From: Azolla caroliniana
Taxonomy: Eukaryota; Plantae; Polypodiophyta
Assembly (NCBI GenBank): GCA_043228905.1
Contig: JBHGNT010000021.1
Span: forward strand, 2,480,001 to 2,544,000
Length of the DNA stretch: 64,000 nucleotides
Direction: 5' to 3'
Numbering within the stretch: position 1 is the stretch's first letter; every line of letters starts with the position of its first letter. The position numbers were made by a program, and so were the translations under genes. The notes below the pieces were generated by a model, which saw only the letters and a list, made by a program, of their open reading frames with translations, was not told the DNA's origin and searched no databases. Shown one piece after another: positions 58,801 to 64,000 of the stretch.

Positions 58801-59926
58801 ATCCTAGAGAAGAACATCCCAAATATGTCAAAGAGACCCATAATCAAGTGGATTAGACGAGATTAATTACGAAGGCATTGACAATGTTCCTAACTATTAT
58901 GAATGGATTGAGGTAGGACACATGGATTAATAAGACAAGACAATACAAAAAGGTTGGTTAGCTTATATATCTCAAATGTACACGAGGTAAGATCAAATAT
59001 GCCCCTTATATTTTTCATAATAAAGAAATACCCCCAACAAGATAGTCTGAAAGACTAAAGGATAGAAGTTTCTTAAATCTCTACATGAGAGGTTTATGAA
59101 ACTTAAGTGAAGGAATCTCATTAGAGTAACATAGTTGATTTATAATGCAACTTAATAAGAGAAAACTAATCTAGTAACAATGCAACTTGATTCAATTAAA
59201 ATTAAAGAATTATGATGCAAACCAACCTAAGTATACTACCTTAAAACGTGGTTAACAAAATATTCCACTAAATGAATGAGATTATGATGTTGTCATGAAT
59301 TGATCGGGTGATATAATTAGATTGTTACGTAACCTAAGTGGAGCAACTTACTCCAAGAAACTAATCAATTATGATGCAACTTGAGTATTAGATCATAGGA
59401 GCAATGCAAATAGATTTCATGTGATGTAAGTAGATTATGGCGTAATTAGATCACATGATGCAGGTAAACTATAGTATATATATATTTATATTTTCCAAAA
59501 ATGTAAACTATAGTATATTATATCACATGATGCAAAACCTATTAAGCAATGCATTGACTATGTTCTATTTTGAGCAAGAAGTTTCAGGCTTACTTACATA
59601 GATCCATACGAATAAATTAGCTTGATCGATTTAGGCTACATCCAAGTGGCACATTCGAAATAGGATTACATGATGGAAACATACTCAGTTGTGGTATATT
59701 ATAAGCAGATCACGAGAATGTGGGCCTACACGCATAAGTTATGCATTTCGGGTTCGATTATAAGCATGACAACATGCCGATTACATTATGCGTGTTTCAT
59801 CTGCTATGATTTGTTTTCAAATGGGGGTAGTAAAGTGAATTCGTTGGAACCGATCAATCGGGCCATTGTGCCATTAATAGTTGATGCCTCTAGCTCCAAC
59901 CCATCTTCACAAAAATTTAGCAATGT

Positions 59927-60062
59927 GGAGAGGGCTTTATGAGTATTTTTAATTATTCTTAATTCTACTCGATGCCCCTCCAATGGTTTTTCACAAAAAA
60001 GAGAGGAAGGGAGAGGGCTTTATGAGTATTTATAATTATTCTTAATTCTGCTCGATGCCCCT
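59927..60062. repeat. Direct repeat with about 83-bp period upstream of the ATP synthase e gene
   Basis: GGAGAGGGCTTTATGAGTATTT.TAATTATTCTTAATTCT.CTCGATGCCCCT occurs twice. Confidence 0.85.
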
Positions 60063-60250
60063 GCGATGATTTTTCTTAATTTTAGACCATGCCCTCACTA
60101 CTCAGTCTCTCACTCGATGAAGAAAGGCAGAGACATTTCGATAGAAACAACATTTTAGGTATTCGTTTCTTCTTCTTCTTCTTCTTCTTCTTCGCAGGCG
60201 GAACGAAACGAACCGAGCGAAGAAAGGCGAGCTTCGATTCCATTTCGGCG

Positions 60251-62419
60251 ATGGCGTATCCAGGCCCTTACTCAGGAAAGAGCGCCCTTGCTCAGGTCAG
60301 TCAATTCCTTCCCTCCTTTCTCCCCTAGATCTCTTTCTATGTGCATTCTTTTTGCTCTCTTGCACCAAAACGCGACGATCTTTGCTTCTTCTGCCTCATC
60401 TCTCGGACATTATCTGCTTTCGCTCGAAATTAGTCCGATCGCACAAATACCGAGAAAAGGAGATAATGGAGGAGAACGTGTAGAGATTCTAGCCAGCAAG
60501 AGGAATGTGCCGAAATCCTGAGAAAAAAGCTATGTGCATCGCAGAACATGAAGGTCTTCTTGTGCTTCCTCTAGGGATGTGATTTAGACCTAACGACCCC
60601 GTGCTACTGATTGAAGGAGATAGGCGTTACAGAGTTAGGCTAGTGAGGTTTAATTTAACCTTTCTTTCTAGGTTTTGGTATCTTTGGAAAAGGTAGAAGA
60701 ATATGCAGATATCGTGTCAAAGAAATGTATTTTGTGTGATCATGAAGATTCTGACTATGTTTCTAAGCTTATTGACACAACAGGTAAAATTCCTGTTTAG
60801 ACCAAACGATGATTGATATTGGGAAACGGTTCTGATCAGAAAAGAAATATTCCTTGCAATGTTAGATTTAGTAAGACTACTCTAGGTCTTACTTTCTACA
60901 TGCTGCTAGAGAAATGAAGAAGAATATGCAGGAATGTTTAGAAAGCAAGGTAATTGCTTAACTAGGCTGAGTAAGGCTCTGTGTCTACGTTTTCATTTAA
61001 GAAACGAACTATATATGCATGAAAGAAAGAAATTTTATGCGAACCTGAAAATATGAAAATTTGATGATTATACGAAATTCCTGCTTTGAGGAAACGAGCT
61101 GTGCTTTTCCTTGACCAGTTAGTAAGAAGAGATACATTTTATAATGGTAGATTAAGGTTAAATATGTTGTCTAGCCAACATAATCTCACTCTTCAGTACA
61201 GTCAAATTGTCTCTTTTTCCTTAAAAAAAGCAAAAAGAACAGAATAAATTTTCCAGAAAGCTGGAGAAAGAAGTATCTATTTCTGTTGATGCTGTTTGAG
61301 AAATGGCGTGGAAGAGAAGTAATTTTATGAGGAGTTGATGTGGCTATTAGTTCATTTTATATGCCTAGAGTCTAGAATAATTAGAAATTCCTCTTTAGAA
61401 AAACAACTTCGAATCAAGATTGCTCCCCCCCAAGACATACTTACTACATCATGTAATATTTTCCTCTAACAGCATGTAGAAAGTCCTACCAACATCATCT
61501 GGACATGTTACAAATGGAAGAGTTAGGTTTTGAACTTTTATGTAAGTCCATGACCATAAAGCAGTTATCTGTTCTGGCTTTATTTTAAAATTCGAGAATT
61601 GTAAGACATGTTAGTCTTCTTATCATCAGAAACTCTTCTTAAATTGTTAGAACTGTCATAGAGGAGTTAATCCCGTGATCATGTAACAATTCCTGGTTTC
61701 TAATGGCAGTTCTAAATTTTTTACGCAGTCTTTGACTGAGTCAGTGAGTCTAGTAACCTCCGCAATCTTGGAGAAGACCTTTTCTGCAATTTTTCAAGAT
61801 TCTCTCTTGGGGGTCTTCCGCAAGCTTCAGAGAGTTTCCTCTTGATGGCAGTATTTCTGCTTTCTTGTTTATTTTAGTGGTCCCCCCCTCTTGATCTTTT
61901 TATATTTTCATCAGTGAGGAATTTGCAAAACCAAGTCTAGTACAAAATTGTGTTATGCACAGCCCTGTCTCTCAAATATATGTGCTGGATCATTTGTCTA
62001 CATTTAATTGGTATAAATTTTCTGTAAAAGATATTGACAAATGCCTCTTTTGTAATTCTTGTTAACTTATTTTCTTTTATATATGTTGATAATAGAAAAA
62101 TTATGGGCTTCTTCTGGTGTGCTGTATTAAAAGTTGGATATGTATCATTCTTGAGATTACTGGTCAGTGATATTTTATTAGCGGTCCTGTGGTATGGCAT
62201 ACATTCTTTACAGGTTGCTCGGGCAGCAGCATTTGCTATTGGACTCACTTATGGATCGATTAAGATTGCTTTTTTGCGGGTATTTATTGTTAAAGTTTAT
62301 GGTTAAACAGGGTAAGGTTCCTCGTGAGCATTATGTTTGAAATAGATGTTTATATTTTTCATTATTTTCAGGCGGAAGCTAAATCACAACAAAAGGCTCC
62401 AGCGAAGGCACACCATTGA
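60251..62419 (+). CDS. ATP21: Mitochondrial ATP synthase subunit e, 3 exons, 52 aa
   Basis: Exons at 60251-60295, 62214-62279 and 62372-62419 with GT-AG phase-0 introns give MAYPGPYSGKSALAQVARAAAFAIGLTYGSIKIAFLRAEAKSQQKAPAKAHH*, matching the plant subunit e pattern PGPYSG.S.LA.VAR...F..GL.YGS.K. Absent from the ORF track as a whole. Confidence 0.88.
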
Positions 62420-62689
62420 AAATGGCATCTTGTGACCCCCCATAGTGTTGATTCCTTTCAATACCCTACTGTTATATTTTCTTTGAGTAGGCCTCTTGGT
62501 TTTCCATGACTGAAACCATCAGTGGTGACTATTCTTTTACTGTGGAGTTTTTTAGTTCCTCATTAAGAACTTAATTTCATGGTTCACCCCTTGAGGAATC
62601 TCAAATAAATATGGTCCACGCGTTTCTTTTCCCTTGTTTTTCAAGGCTTGTCAGGGGATTACCAGAAGTTACAAGTCGGAAACTAATTA

Positions 62690-63060
62690 TGAAAAGGTTC
62701 TAATGGGGAAATAATTAAGAGGTAACGATGCAGCAGTTGGAATGTTGGTTGGTTCTTGTTTTGCATGACTTGTTTCTTTGCTCCCCTCATCTTGTGGCAA
62801 TTTTTTGATGCTCAGATTTTTTAAAGTAATTTGTCAACAACAAAATACAAATTTGTTTTTCTGCTATGGACAGTTATCAGGCATAGGGTAGGAGATGGAA
62901 TTGCCCTTTCTTTTTGAATCTTAAACACCTCCGAAACTGAGGGAAAGGTTCTAATGGGGAAATAAATAAGAGATTCACGAAGCTGCAGTTGGAATGTTGG
63001 TTAGTTTTTGTTTTGCATGACATGTTTGTTTGCCGGCCACCCCTATCTTGTGGTGATTTT
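62690..63060. repeat. Imperfect direct repeat downstream of the ATP synthase e gene
   Basis: GGTTCTAATGGGGAAATAA..GCAGTTGGAATGTTGGTT.GTT.TTGTTTTGCATGAC at about 62696 and 62947. Confidence 0.7.
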
Positions 63061-64000
63061 TAATGCCCTTACCTTCATCGGCAATTTCTGGATTCCCTTT
63101 GTTTGTTCCCCCCAGGAATCTGTAATATCTCTGTTTAAATGATGATTCTTACATTAGGAACTTCAAGTAGTCCCAACTTTCATGAAGAGAATTTTATTTA
63201 CATTGCCTATGTAAAGAATTTCCATAAATTCCAGCTCATTGATGGAAGATATTTCTTAGAGAATTTCATTTCCCTAGCACATGTAGAGATTTTTCAGCTC
63301 ATCGATGTTGGACTTCTGATTAAACCTGTGCTAGAGAATTACAAATACTCAGTAATCTTTCTGTCTAAAGCTTGATAATACTTCTATAAGTTATAGAGAG
63401 GTGAATGTATTATGTTACGTAGGTAGCATGGGTGTGTACAATTGTCTCTTTTCTCAGGTCAGCGCTATTGATGTGGAGAACTTACATAGGTTTTAGCTGT
63501 TTTGTTGGACAAGACTAATAAAATGTTTAACTTAGTTTCTTATGCATGTGTATTCTGATTCGTTTGTAGCATATTTCTAATCATGATTCTGATTACTTTA
63601 GCTATATTCCAAAATTCCCATTGCTTTTGATCTGTTTAATTCTGAAATATGTTATCAATTCCTTGAAATGGACAGGTTGTTGTTTGTTTGTCTATTGGTT
63701 GGCTTAGAAGTCAGAAGTATAGTTTCGAAGCTGTTTTGGAGATATTGTGATACTTGTTCACCTTTAATGAATTCAAATGGTGTTGGACACAACTGTTTTC
63801 TCTCTGTACTTGAGTTATGAAATGTGGAATATGGGGTTTTGACACAATTTTCATAAATTATAACCTAAAACAAGAGTGCTCCCAAGTGTTGCCATATTCT
63901 CAAATGTGATTTCTTTGGTAATCTCCTAAACTGACTTTCTGTCTACTATTGGTCTTAAAGTAGTGCTCCTTTTTTTTTGTCCACTTGTCCACCAGATTTC

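Noticed and set aside
1-64000. CRISPR arrays, rRNA, intact tRNA genes or prokaryotic operons
   Set aside because: None seen. The tRNA-related matches are primer-binding sites or a degenerate motif, and the genes have spliceosomal introns.

Overview
Eukaryotic land-plant nuclear DNA; a fern or other non-seed plant is my inference from the transposon lineages. Positions 1020-43660 are a deeply nested LTR-retrotransposon stack that can be reconstructed from LTR termini and target-site duplications (TSDs). A degenerate Tcn1-like chromovirus carries a tRNA-Trp-primed Ty3/gypsy element D. D carries an older copia G, gypsy C and two solo LTRs. G carries gypsy E. E carries gypsy B, a lone LTR F and two copies of a young copia family A, and C carries a third A copy. 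The tRNA-Trp gypsy family has several notable traits: 4-bp TSDs centred on CpG, protease encoded in the gag frame with a DHG motif, a conserved G_GAU_UUU -1 frameshift site before RT, and a covarying hairpin before the PPT. The left edge of the stack is a rearrangement breakpoint: copia A1 is internally inverted and the outer halves of four host elements are missing. This breakpoint abuts a decayed, intron-containing, beta-class DNA amino-methyltransferase (N6A/N4C) gene on the minus strand at about 66-1019, which is the most unexpected item in the window. The right part holds an 8-exon PHD-finger/homeodomain gene (PRH/HAT3.1 type, minus strand) and a 3-exon mitochondrial ATP synthase subunit e gene (plus strand). 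No database searches were run; all family names come from motif recognition.
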